Source of the DNA: Alphaproteobacteria bacterium
Lineage (GTDB): Bacteria > Pseudomonadota > Alphaproteobacteria > G965222575
Direction: 5' to 3'
Assembly (NCBI GenBank): GCA_965222575.1
Contig: OZ244958.1
Coordinates: forward strand, 216,072 to 280,071
Length of the DNA stretch: 64,000 nucleotides
In this document: piece by piece, positions 48,568 to 60,525 of the stretch
How positions within the stretch are numbered: the stretch's first letter is position 1
Layout: every line of letters begins with the position of its first letter
The notes under the pieces: generated by a model
Seen by the model: the letters and a program-made list of their open reading frames with translations, nothing else
Databases searched by the model: none
What the model was told of the DNA's origin: nothing
Made by a program: the position numbers and the translations under genes

Positions 48568-50481
48568 CTAATGAGAGGGGAGAGGGTAGGAGAGATAATC
48601 GCGCCATTTTGTGCTATGAACATAAAAAGCGATAGTTTTCAGGAGGGCGTTTTCATTAGGTGTTGAGAGGATATGGGTAGGGGTGTATTGGATGAAGGTT
48701 TTGCCGGGTTTGAGGACGGTAATGACGCGTCCATCGAAGAGAGCGAGTTTTTCAAAGGTTGAGAGGAGGATTTGCGATGAGTGTTCTTGTGAGAGGAGGT
48801 TTCGTCCATAGAATTGGCTTTGGTAGGAGAAGCCTAAAAGCGCGAGCAAAGTGGGTGCGACATCTATTTGGCTTGCGAGGACGTGATTGACAGCTGGGGT
48901 GATGAAGCCGGGGGCGAAGAAGAGGAGAGGGATATGGTAAGCGTCTAGTTGGATATCGTGTATACCGTTTGTTCTGGTGGCGTGGTCAGCTAGGATGACA
49001 AAGATGGTTTCAGAGAACCATGGTTGGGTTTTAGCGTGTTGGAGAAATTCTCCTAAGGCGTAGTCAGCATATTTGAATCCCGCCTCTTGTCCGCCGCCTT
49101 TAGGGGGAATACCGTCAAGGCCTTCTGGGAAGGTAAAAGGGGTGTGATTAGAGGTGGTCATGAGGACGTAGAAGAATTTTTGTCCTTTGCGGTGGGTATC
49201 AGTGAGGTGTTTAGAGGCTTTTCCATAAAGGTCTTGGTCGCACAAGCCCCAAGCATTTTCAAAGGAGCGTTCAGAGGGCGTAAAGTGGTTGATATCAATG
49301 ATATGGTCGAAGCCGTGTTTTTGGAAGAAGGATTCCATGTTATCGAAGTGACCGTCTCCGCCATAGAAAAAGGCTGTAGCGTAGTCTCTTTCTTTGAAGA
49401 GGTGGGCGATAGACAGAAAGGATTTTGGAGGATTTTTTCTAATGACGGCAACACCGGGTGCGGGGGGGCGTGAGAGAATGACGGCTTCTAGGGCTCTTAC
49501 CGTACGAATACCAGTGGCATAAGCCTGTGTAAAAGAGAGGGAGTCTTGTGCTAGGGCGTCAAGATTGGGGGTAAGATTCTTTGCATTACCGACTTGTTTC
49601 ATGAAGCTTGTTCCTTGCCCCTCCATGAGAATAATCATGACATTTTTGTTTTCTTCTTTTTCTCTACCGTTGACCCATCGAGTGATATTATTGTGGTCTT
49701 TAGGATTGAGAAAGATATCGTTTTTGTTCCCGACAAGGGTTTTTAATTCGGGCAAGTTTTTATGTCCATAGCGTTGTATATACCATTTATCATACTGGAT
49801 TTGTCTATGGCGCAGGTTAAATCCGAAGACATAAAGGCCATTTTTCGCTACTTCATTGACGACTCTGTTATGGCTTACATCAAAAGGTTTTGGTATCCCC
49901 GCTAGAAACAAGGCTAACAGGCTGACACTGAGCACGCCCCAGACAGTTCTGCTTGGAAAAGGCAAAGGCGGCAGGGAAGCGGGGGGGCGGCGGTAACGGG
50001 AGAAAAAGAACGCTAAAAAAGCGGAAAACAGGAGGACAATAAACGTGAGATACGGAGTATAAGGATAGGTTTGGATAATCTCAAGAGAGATTTCTTTGAT
50101 ATAAGCGAAATAATCCACAGCCACAAAGTTATAACGTGAATGGAACTGATACCAGAACAAAATTTCGCCTACACTCCCGAAGAAGAAAACAAACAAGGCC
50201 GCAAACAAGCAACAACAAGAAAAGATTTTCTCCACGCGGGAGTCTCTCATTTTACTAGGCAACAAGAGCAAATAAAAAGCCGTTGGCAAAAAGAGATAAT
50301 AAAAAGCCGTAATGGTATCATAAATAAAGCCAACCCCTAGAACCAACGGCAGATGAGTGATTACCACCGTCCCTTGCACAGACTCCCAGATAAAAAAGAG
50401 CGCCCTGAGAAAGACACACACCCCAAAAAATAAAAGCGTAGGAAAAAAGAGTCTTTGCTTAAGAAAAGAGAAAAAAAGCAT
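48568..50481 (-). CDS. LTA-synthase/phosphoglycerol-transferase-like sulfatase-family membrane enzyme
   Basis: N-terminal multi-TM domain plus an extracytoplasmic alkaline-phosphatase/sulfatase-like domain. Probable start MLFFSFL at 50481. Confidence 0.55.
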   Translation of the reverse strand: MLFFSFLKQRLFFPTLLFFGVCVFLRALFFIWESVQGTVVITHLPLVLGVGFIYDTITAFYYLFLPTAFYLLLLPSKMRDSRVEKIFSCCCLFAALFVFFFGSVGEILFWYQFHSRYNFVAVDYFAYIKEISLEIIQTYPYTPYLTFIVLLFSAFLAFFFSRYRRPPASLPPLPFPSRTVWGVLSVSLLALFLAGIPKPFDVSHNRVVNEVAKNGLYVFGFNLRHRQIQYDKWYIQRYGHKNLPELKTLVGNKNDIFLNPKDHNNITRWVNGREKEENKNVMIILMEGQGTSFMKQVGNAKNLTPNLDALAQDSLSFTQAYATGIRTVRALEAVILSRPPAPGVAVIRKNPPKSFLSIAHLFKERDYATAFFYGGDGHFDNMESFFQKHGFDHIIDINHFTPSERSFENAWGLCDQDLYGKASKHLTDTHRKGQKFFYVLMTTSNHTPFTFPEGLDGIPPKGGGQEAGFKYADYALGEFLQHAKTQPWFSETIFVILADHATRTNGIHDIQLDAYHIPLLFFAPGFITPAVNHVLASQIDVAPTLLALLGFSYQSQFYGRNLLSQEHSSQILLSTFEKLALFDGRVITVLKPGKTFIQYTPTHILSTPNENALLKTIAFYVHSTKWRDYLSYPLPSH

Positions 50482-50486
50482 AGGAA

Positions 50487-51167
50487 TTACAACACCCACA
50501 AAATCGTTTTCATGGCACAAGCAAGCACAAGCATGACAAACACATTATCATCGATTTTAAACCTCTCAGCATAATACTCAGCACTTCCACCGCAAAGGAC
50601 AACAAAAACGCCCATCAGCAGCACCTGCTCTGTCCCCAAGTCCTCGCCTCGGTACCACTCCCACCAAGTCATCCCAACAACTTGTAAAAGACAAAAGGCA
50701 CCAAATCCAAAGACACAAAAAGCTAGAAAGCCCACCAGAGTCTTGGAAAAATCTCCCTCCGCCAATGGGGAACTGCGCCTATACCACCTGCCCACAAGAG
50801 CAGCAGCACTATCACCAATAATCATAACACAAAGGCTCGTAGACGCAACCCCTTTTGAAAAAAAACCAACACACAAAACAACCCCCAAAAGCACATACAC
50901 ACCCCCTGTAAAAACTCTATAGCCCGTCTGTACACACTCCTCGGCACGCAAAAGAGAACCAAAAAATCCATGATAAACCCTGTCCACTACCCCACCCCTA
51001 TGCCGTAACACCTCCACCACAACCAACCCAACTAACAAAGACCCAAAAAGCCATAAGCTAAACCCCCTAGAACACAAAGCCACCACAGGAACCATCCAAA
51101 GCGACGACAGATGAATGCCCTTGCGTAACACCTCAGACCCATAAGAAATAGGAACCCCCTCCCTCAT
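50487..51167 (-). CDS. CTP-transferase-1 family membrane protein (dolichol/polyprenol kinase-like)
   Basis: Polytopic protein with an IIGDSAAALVGRWYRR motif resembling the SEC59/DGK1/VTE5/CdsA family. The start is uncertain; the ORF is open to 51248. Confidence 0.35.
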   Translation of the reverse strand: MREGVPISYGSEVLRKGIHLSSLWMVPVVALCSRGFSLWLFGSLLVGLVVVEVLRHRGGVVDRVYHGFFGSLLRAEECVQTGYRVFTGGVYVLLGVVLCVGFFSKGVASTSLCVMIIGDSAAALVGRWYRRSSPLAEGDFSKTLVGFLAFCVFGFGAFCLLQVVGMTWWEWYRGEDLGTEQVLLMGVFVVLCGGSAEYYAERFKIDDNVFVMLVLACAMKTILWVL

Positions 51168-51219
51168 CACTACTACCCTCCTCACATACCCTTTAACTTC
51201 TGTCCAAACTCCTCCCCCA

Positions 51220-52980
51220 CCCTCTTGCCCGTGATACCCGAAGGACACGCCCTCTCCATAGATTATGCCATATGCCCTTGAACATCAAGAGAACTAGCAC
51301 CCCTCTTGCCCGTGATGCGGAAGGGTACTAGCCATCTTCATGGTTATGCCATATGCCCTTGAATATCAAGGGAAAGTTCCACCCCTTTTTCGTACAATAC
51401 TAACTGCCTCCCTCATCCCCCACCTAGCAACTCTTGCCCGTGATGCGGAAAGGTACTAGCCATCTTCATGGTTATGCCATATGCCCTTGAATATCAAGGG
51501 AAAGTTAACCCCTTTTTCGTACAATACTAACGCCTGAGAGAGGGTTATAGAGAGAAAGAAAACACCGCTTTTCATATACTTGCTAACTTTGACTCATTGA
51601 GTAGAAAATTATTGCCTTGTTTCAAAATGGTGTATAATATTCTAAATCCAGGCAAACCACCCTCCTTTGTAGAATTAATGACTCCAAATGACCGTGTGCT
51701 GAAGATTGGTTGGGAAGCGGTACTAGCCATGCTGGTATGAGACAAAAAACCTCAGGGGAGAGGTGACGGTATGAATTTGGCCAGAGATAGCCATGATGAG
51801 AGTAAACTTGATACATTACAGAACTGTTATTTGTTGGGTGATGCCATATGACTTTCTCAAAAATTGAATATCAAGGGAAAGTTCCACCCCTTTTTCGTAC
51901 AATACTGGAAAAACTGCCTCCCTCATCCCCCAACTTGCCGGAAGATGATTCATTGAATGCAGAGGTCATTTATTGAAGCGGCATTGGAATGCGTTACGAT
52001 ATGGGGTCGTTCTCTTAACATAGGACGGAAGATAAAAAACCTACATGAAGACAGGCGAGAACTAATAATTGCAAATTTTCCTGTAAGACAACTTGTAATA
52101 TGGAATCGCGGAAGCACGTTCCACCCCGTCTATATTGCCGCCAATATATGAACTTATTTACATTATTGCGGGCAGGAACTGGCGATCCCAATCAAATATC
52201 TTGCTGAATTTCGATATTGGGGAGATGTCTGGCGCATCAATCCCGAAATGAGAAATCTACACCCGGCACCATGCCCATTTGAACTGGCGATCAAGGGAAT
52301 AGATGGGCCACCCCTTTTGCCGTACAATACTGGGCTTGCCTGCCCTCATAGGAGTGCCATTCTATCTGAACGATCTTTCCCCCGAGTACAGGGAAATGTT
52401 TTATCGGAAAAGGAATATCTTAAACCAATCTTTTATGCAATCTTTGATAGCCTCTCACTTATGCCTTTCCTGTAGAAATATCATTGTGATCTGCTCGCTA
52501 AAGTACAATAAACCAGCCTCATGATTTTGTCAAGGGAATGATGGATGTCTATAATAATCTTGATTGCCGGACTCTGTACATGGGAGGTATTTTGAATACG
52601 TAATCGGGGAGACTTTAGCAAAGGGGATTCGCCATTTATATTACCAAGCTGAGGTTTTGCATGTGCCATTGGCGACTTGACTGGTTTTTATACCATGAAA
52701 CAAGCCCTGTTTCTGTCTCGTAAAACTAGGCTCGTGATAGATGGAAACAGGCAGCTTATGAAGCCATGGCATTGAAGAAGGTTTATGTCCAAGCCACCAA
52801 TTACTTGGTGACTATGGAAGAGTTAAGTGCAACCGATAATAAGAAAACATCAGCACCGCAGACAATAGACTATTTCTTGGTCGCTACTAAATCTGAATAT
52901 AGCGAGGCTTTGGAAGACATGCCAAACAAGGGAAAGTTAACCCCTTTTTCGTACAATACTAACGCCTGAGAGAGGGTTAT
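51220..52980. repeat. non-coding region containing at least 6 full or partial copies of a dispersed repeat (core ...gccatatgCCCTTGAATATCAAGGGaaagtt(c/a)acccctttttcgtacaatact...), including a 2x tandem unit of about 130 bp at 51300-51540
   Basis: Copies are at about 51268, 51330, 51460, 51845, 52290 (diverged) and 52925. The core holds a perfect 7-bp-stem hairpin. No ORF longer than 75 aa lies in the region. Confidence 0.8.
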
Positions 52981-53036
52981 AGAGAGAACCCCCCCCCCCG
53001 CACTTTTAGGGTAGTGTTACTCCTCTAGTAGCGGTA

Positions 53037-54014
53037 TCAAAGAGCCTTCTCTTGGAGGAATTTTTGTGCTTCCAAAGCAGCTTGACAGCCTAAAGCAGCA
53101 GCAGTCACAGCTTGCCTATAGACCTTATCCGTCACATCGCCAGCAGCGAAAATCCCTTCTACAGGAGTCTTAGGAGAGCCCGGCTCTACCACAAGATAGC
53201 CATCCTCATCCATAGGAAGTTTTCCCTTGAACAAATCAGTTTGAGGAATATGCCCTATCATGACAAAAGCCCCGTCTGTGGAGAGAGAGTGCGTTTTCGA
53301 AGTTTTGACCTGTTGACAAGAAACAGCGGCAAGAGTTTTGTCTCCTAAGAATTCCCTCACCACTGTATCCCAAAGAAAAGAAATATTCTGCTGTTTCCAC
53401 AATCTATCTTGGAGAATTTTTTCAGCCCGTAAGGTAGCACGTCTGTGTATTAGGACAACTTCTCTACAGACCTTAGAAAGGTGCAAAGCCCCCTCCACAG
53501 CAGAATTTCCACCGCCAATAACACAGACCTTTTGACCCTTGAAAAAGAATCCATCACAAGTCGCACAAGAGCTTATGCCAGCCCCTTTGAATTTTTCTTC
53601 CGACGGCAGTCCGAGCCATCGCGTTTTCGCTCCCGTAGCAATAATGACAGTGTTGGCATGATATTCCTTGTGATTCTCTGTTTGACACCTAAAAGGGGGT
53701 TGCAGTGCTAGTGTGGGTGAGAGGTCAAGATGAGTAAGAGCATCATCTTCAAGAATAACCCCAACACGGCGCGCTTGTTTTTCCATAGCAAGCATTAACG
53801 CAGGCCCAGAAATAACCTCCTCAAAGCCGGGATAATTCTCAACCTCCTCCGTAATGGTAAGCTGTCCCCCAGGAGACAATCCCTTCAAAACAACAGGCTC
53901 CAAGCCCGCACGCGCCGCATAAATAGCAGCCGTATACCCCGCCGACCCAGACCCCACAATCAAACAGTCCGTCTCAATAAAACCCCCCCCACTACCTAAT
54001 ACTTGTTTCATCAT
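53037..54014 (-). CDS. trxB: thioredoxin-disulfide reductase
   Basis: Redox-active CATCDG motif and FAD/NADPH GxGxxG motifs. Confidence 0.9.
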   Translation of the reverse strand: MMKQVLGSGGGFIETDCLIVGSGSAGYTAAIYAARAGLEPVVLKGLSPGGQLTITEEVENYPGFEEVISGPALMLAMEKQARRVGVILEDDALTHLDLSPTLALQPPFRCQTENHKEYHANTVIIATGAKTRWLGLPSEEKFKGAGISSCATCDGFFFKGQKVCVIGGGNSAVEGALHLSKVCREVVLIHRRATLRAEKILQDRLWKQQNISFLWDTVVREFLGDKTLAAVSCQQVKTSKTHSLSTDGAFVMIGHIPQTDLFKGKLPMDEDGYLVVEPGSPKTPVEGIFAAGDVTDKVYRQAVTAAALGCQAALEAQKFLQEKAL

Positions 54015-54112
54015 ACCCTTTCACCATAAGACAATACCCCCCTATACAAAAAAGTTCTTACTACAAAATGCTAGGTCTTTCAAGCGTGTCCCTCATCAAA
54101 ATGCGCGAACCC

Positions 54113-54742
54113 TTAACTGTGCGCAACCTGTACCGAAAGACAATGCGGTTTTAAGCCAATTTTTTTCAAGACCTTTTCCCACCGACAAGAAGGGTCTTTA
54201 TCAAACAAAATATCAGGGTCAGCCGGACAATGTAACCACCCATTTTGTTGTAGCTCAGCCTCTAATTGCCCCCCAGCCCAGCCCGCATAGCCTAGCGCAA
54301 TGAAAATTTTCGCCTTTTTTTGATTGAGAACTCTCGATAAAATCCCCGAAACCCAAGTGTCAGTCTCAAAATCCGCCTCCGGTGGATCCCCGCAATCATC
54401 TTGTTCATCGCTCGCACTACACTTAATCTTTCTCTTAATCAAATTGCTCTGTAGCAAAAACCCCTTTCTGGTATCTACCGGTCCGCCTAAATATACACAG
54501 GTCTTACAAGCCTTTTTATCAGGCTCAATACCCATCTGTAAGAGAATATCCCCTAAGTTCACCCCCTCTAAAGGCTTGTTAATGATAAAGCCTACAGCTC
54601 CTTCCGTAAGAGAATGAGAGTAAATAAAAATGACAGACTGCCGAAAGCGAATATCACGCATGAAAGGGGTCGCCACCAAAAAATGTCCTTCTAAAAATCC
54701 TCTAGGCATCAATTCATTCTGTGTGCATTTGTCTTGTACCAT
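54113..54742 (-). CDS. YqgE/AlgH family protein (UPF0301)
   Basis: GHFLVATPFMRD...VIFIYSHS...GAVGFIINKP pattern. Confidence 0.7.
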   Translation of the reverse strand: MVQDKCTQNELMPRGFLEGHFLVATPFMRDIRFRQSVIFIYSHSLTEGAVGFIINKPLEGVNLGDILLQMGIEPDKKACKTCVYLGGPVDTRKGFLLQSNLIKRKIKCSASDEQDDCGDPPEADFETDTWVSGILSRVLNQKKAKIFIALGYAGWAGGQLEAELQQNGWLHCPADPDILFDKDPSCRWEKVLKKIGLKPHCLSVQVAHS

Positions 54743-54812
54743 ACAAAAAATATCCTTCTAAAAATCCTCTAGGCATCAATTCATTCTGTGTGCATTTGTC
54801 TTGTACCATACA
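54685..54812. repeat. 67-bp direct tandem duplication spanning the yqgE start codon and RBS
   Basis: tccttctaaaaatcctctaggcatcaattcattctgtgtgcatttgtcttgtaccataca occurs twice in tandem. The upstream ATG copy is out of frame and gives a 31-codon ORF. Confidence 0.85.
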
Positions 54813-54930
54813 AGAAAAAGATTGATGGTTTATTATGTCATACTATTACGGATTTTGCTAATAAAATTGGTTTTATAGCACAAGGATGTGGTACCCTAGA
54901 GAGAAGTAGTAAGGGGTTCTTGAGTGTAAA

Positions 54931-55404
54931 ATGCCAAAGATAATGAAAAAAAGAGACACAGTTTTAGTGGTGATAGACAATACTCAAGAGTGTATGGTAG
55001 CACTGGAGTTTGGCGCTAGTCACGTGTGGCGCTATGGCGGAAAACTCGCCCTCCTCACCATTATGCCCGTTCCCTCTATCTATCAGTGGTCTTTTATAGC
55101 GAAAGAAATGAAGTTAGAAAAACTTGAAGAGGCTAGAAAAAAACTATTCCCCATCAGCAAAGATATACAAGCACGTTACGGCATAGGCGTTCAAACCATC
55201 ATTAAAGTCGGATACAAGAAAAAGGAGGTGATGAAAATTCTGCATACCAACCCCTCCATTAGTCGCTTGATACTAGGAGCAGCAGTAGGCAAAAATCCCG
55301 GTGAACTCATACAGTACCTCACCAAACGCACAGCACTTATTCATACCCCCATTATGGTGATACCCGCTAACATCACCCCCGAGGAAGTGGAGCAGTTTGT
55401 CTAA
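54931..55404 (+). CDS. universal stress protein (UspA)-like
   Basis: 157 aa with a VLVVIDNTQEC...LALLTIMPVP pattern typical of the Usp fold. Confidence 0.45.
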   Translation: MPKIMKKRDTVLVVIDNTQECMVALEFGASHVWRYGGKLALLTIMPVPSIYQWSFIAKEMKLEKLEEARKKLFPISKDIQARYGIGVQTIIKVGYKKKEVMKILHTNPSISRLILGAAVGKNPGELIQYLTKRTALIHTPIMVIPANITPEEVEQFV

Positions 55405-55492
55405 TAAGCTCTAAAAATCCCCCGTTCATGAGTGCCCGCCAACACGCAATGCAACCCCCTAGGGGGCAACCCCTCCCCCTTTAGCCAATCCC

Positions 55493-56218
55493 TTACGGAA
55501 GAGGAGGAGGAAAGAGGGCATCATCATCACCATCAACCTTAAAATCCAATGCGCCTAGTAATTTCGAGACATCTTTAATATTATGCTTTGTTCTGTAAGC
55601 AAAAAACTTCAACGGGTCACTCACTGTTAACTTTCCATAAACTTTGATTGTCACTACGGAACCTTGAATTGCCAAATCAAAAGCCGACTGGGTTGTGTGT
55701 TCAATACCAGAGATCAGTTCATATCTAAGCCCTATCACCGGCGTTACATGGGGATTAAAAACGAGTGGATTGTAGCCGTAAGCAATACCGTGAGCCGTAC
55801 CACCCCTCAAGTGTAGTCTAGCGTTGGCTAGCGTGCCGCCATCAAACTTAAACTCTAACGCCACCCCTGCCTCTTCCAAATCAAGAAGCCCCTCCCTATA
55901 CGAAACCTTTATATATACTGATTCTATCCCCCATAGGCGGAGAATTGGATGTTGATACCCCGGTGTAATTGTGAATTCCCCTACCTGTGCAAAAGACCCG
56001 TAAGGAGTGGCATTCTCACATTCTGTGGTGTCATCCTCCTTTAAGTCACACTCAATATTTTCCCCTTGATTCAGTTGTATCGGGGTCACAGTATAAGCCC
56101 CAAAGTTTAGGTGTGTATCTACTGTAATCTCAGGCTCCACTGCTAAGAGGAGTTGCCCTCCTAAGAGGAAACCTCCTATGGCAAGGCAACTGATAGAGAT
56201 TTTGAAAGACTTCTTCAT
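55493..56218 (-). CDS. secreted hypothetical protein, paralog 1 of a mosaic pair
   Basis: Signal peptide MKKSFKISISCLAIGGFLLGGQLLLA. Shares its N-terminal ~85 aa and C-terminal ~40 aa with the 56341..57078 product. Its own sigma70-like promoter (TTGACA-17-TATTAT) and an AGGAG RBS are visible. Confidence 0.7.
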   Translation of the reverse strand: MKKSFKISISCLAIGGFLLGGQLLLAVEPEITVDTHLNFGAYTVTPIQLNQGENIECDLKEDDTTECENATPYGSFAQVGEFTITPGYQHPILRLWGIESVYIKVSYREGLLDLEEAGVALEFKFDGGTLANARLHLRGGTAHGIAYGYNPLVFNPHVTPVIGLRYELISGIEHTTQSAFDLAIQGSVVTIKVYGKLTVSDPLKFFAYRTKHNIKDVSKLLGALDFKVDGDDDALFPPPLP

Positions 56219-56259
56219 CTACAAGCTCCTGTAGTTATTTATAGACGGGTTGGGTTGCC

Positions 56260-56292
56260 TATATAATAGGACTCTTCAAGCCCTTTGTCAAG
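56260..56292 (-). promoter_or_regulatory. sigma70-like promoter of paralog 1 (TTGACA-17-TATTAT)
   Basis: Minus-strand reading: tcTTGACAaagggcttgaagagtccTATTATataggcaacccaacccgtctata...AGGAGcttgtagATG. Confidence 0.45.
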
Positions 56293-56340
56293 ACCCCCTA
56301 GGGGTTTTTTTCCCCCTAAGGGGTTCCCCTAGCCAATCCC

Positions 56341-57078
56341 TTACGGAGTATGAGGAATGGTTCCTCGAAAGCCTCCGTCTGAGCGAGGTTTTTGGATATC
56401 ATCACTATCATAGACAAGAAAGTTCAGGGCGCCTAGTAATTTCGCATCTTTAATATTATGCTTTGTTCTGTAAGCAAAAAACTTCACCGGGTCCTCCACT
56501 ATTAACTTCCCATAAACTTTGATTGTCCTTTCTTTTGTAGCCTCTTGCCTGTTGCCTTGTATACGAGAATCGCTAAATATCAACCAGCTCACTGGTGACT
56601 CAAGGGGCTTAAACACCTCCAGGGCAGCAACATCATCAACCCTCTTCCCAGTGGACCTCTTCAGCGTAACGCGCGAGGGGACGCCCTCTAGGTGAAACCT
56701 TAACTCTAACGCCACTCCCGCCTCTTCCAAATCAAGAGACCCCTTCCTATACGAAACCTTTATAAATGCATGAGAGCTATAATCAGTCCCGCCGCCTCCC
56801 AACGGACTGAAGGTTTGCAACTGCGGTCTAATTTTGAATACCCCTACCTGTGCAAAAGACCCGTAAGGAGTGGCATTCTCACATTCTGTGGTGTCATCAG
56901 GCTTTAAGTCACACTCAATATTTTCCCCTTGATTCAGTTGTATTGGGGTCACAGTATAAGCCCCAAAGTTTAGGTCGTTATTTACTGTAATGGAAAGCGC
57001 TGCTAAGAGGAGTTGCCCTCCTAAGAGGAAACCTCCTATGGCAAGGCAACTGATAGAGATTTTGAAAGTCTTTTTCAT
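56341..57078 (-). CDS. secreted hypothetical protein, paralog 2 of a mosaic pair
   Basis: Signal peptide MKKTFKISISCLAIGGFLLGGQLLLA. The conserved termini flank a divergent central region. Confidence 0.7.
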   Translation of the reverse strand: MKKTFKISISCLAIGGFLLGGQLLLAALSITVNNDLNFGAYTVTPIQLNQGENIECDLKPDDTTECENATPYGSFAQVGVFKIRPQLQTFSPLGGGGTDYSSHAFIKVSYRKGSLDLEEAGVALELRFHLEGVPSRVTLKRSTGKRVDDVAALEVFKPLESPVSWLIFSDSRIQGNRQEATKERTIKVYGKLIVEDPVKFFAYRTKHNIKDAKLLGALNFLVYDSDDIQKPRSDGGFRGTIPHTP

Positions 57079-57100
57079 TGTCTATAGGCTCCTTTGTTAC

Positions 57101-57436
57101 TGCCTATAGACGGGTTGCCTATACGGGTTGCCTATAGACGGGTTGCCTATAGACGGGTTGCCTATAGACGGGTTGCCTATAGACGGGTTGCCTATAGACG
57201 GGTTGCCTATAGACGGGTTGCCTATAGACGGGTTGCCTATAGACGGGTTGCCTATAGACGGGTTGCCTATAGACGGGTTGCCTATAGACGGGTTGCCTAT
57301 AGACGGGTTGCCTATAGACGGGTTGCCTATAGACGGGTTGCCTATAGACGGGTTGCCTATAGACGGGTTGCCTATAGACGGGTTGCCTATAGACGGGTTG
57401 CCTATAGACGGGTTGCCTATAGACGGGTTGCCTATA
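57101..57436. repeat. 15-bp tandem repeat (cgggttgcctataga), 20 perfect copies plus partial end copies, in the 5' leader of paralog 2
   Basis: Perfect periodicity from 57124 to 57423. The array sits between the predicted -10 element and the RBS of the 57078 gene. Paralog 1 has a single degenerate copy at the same place. Confidence 0.95.
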
Positions 57437-57470
57437 TAATAGGACAATTCCAAGCCCCTTGTCAAGAAAA
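57437..57470 (-). promoter_or_regulatory. sigma70-like promoter of paralog 2 (TTGACA-17/18-TATTAT), duplicate of the paralog 1 promoter
   Basis: Minus-strand reading: cTTGACAaggggcttggaattgtccTATTATataggcaacccg... This is nearly identical to the 56260-56292 element. Confidence 0.45.
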
Positions 57471-57590
57471 AACCCCCTAGGGGGGAAAAAAACCCTAGGG
57501 GGAAAACCCCTCCGCAAGAGTTTACTTGGGGGGGGAAGCCCCTAGGGGAAAACCCCCTAGGGGGCTAGCCCCCCCCCTACAGCAATTTTA
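57465..57590. other. cluster of CCCCTAGGGG palindromes and G8/C9 homopolymers
   Basis: The palindrome recurs at least four times here, and again downstream of each paralog (55456-55470, 56287-56330, there followed by T7). These may be bidirectional terminators or a regulator binding site. Confidence 0.4.
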
Positions 57591-57634
57591 GGAGGCTTCA
57601 TCACAGCAGAGAAAAGCACAATGCTTAGAGGCTT

Positions 57635-60040
<2,406 letters not shown>

Positions 60041-60052
60041 TTATAGTGAAAC

Positions 60053-60135
60053 TGGAGGGAGTTGGATTCGAACCAACGTAGGCGTGAGCCAACGGGTTTA
60101 CAGCCCGTCCCCTTTAACCACTCGGGCATCCCTCC
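60053..60135 (-). tRNA. tRNA-Tyr (anticodon GTA)
   Basis: Manual cloverleaf: acceptor GGAGGGA, anticodon loop CTGTAAA, variable arm, T-loop TTCGAAT, 83 nt. Confidence 0.8.
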
Positions 60136-60256
60136 TAACACATACTTTAATCCTAACACCTTAAAAGCGCAAGTCCTCTTACAAGTTTCAACTCTCCAAG
60201 TTTCAACTTTCTCATGAAAAAACTTGATTTTCTCTTAAGACACACTTACCTTACCA

Positions 60257-60517
60257 GTGAGCAAGCATTCAATTGGAGGATACCGCATTATGTATTTCAA
60301 TCTCCCTAAAAAATCAGACCTTAAGAAAATTAAAAGAGAAGATTTTCTCTCCTTCGGCTGTGACACAGTGGCTTACATTAAACAAATCAAAATTAAAAAC
60401 AAAGTTTTCTATTGTCTCTTCGGGGCAGATGGTCTACCGCTGGTCATAGAAAACACCATCAAAGAAGTCGCAGACTTCGCAGCAGAAAAAGATATATGCG
60501 TAGTGACCCTTCACTAA
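60257..60517 (+). CDS. hypothetical small protein
   Basis: 86-aa ORF with no recognisable motifs. Confidence 0.3.
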   Translation: MSKHSIGGYRIMYFNLPKKSDLKKIKREDFLSFGCDTVAYIKQIKIKNKVFYCLFGADGLPLVIENTIKEVADFAAEKDICVVTLH

Positions 60518-60525
60518 AGATACTG

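Noticed and set aside
57094-57517. Four long overlapping ORFs on both strands (VAYRR..., PIDGL..., SIGNP..., VYRQP... repeats)
   Set aside because: Artefacts of the 15-bp tandem repeat, which is stop-free in all frames. The region is the 5' leader of the 57078 gene.
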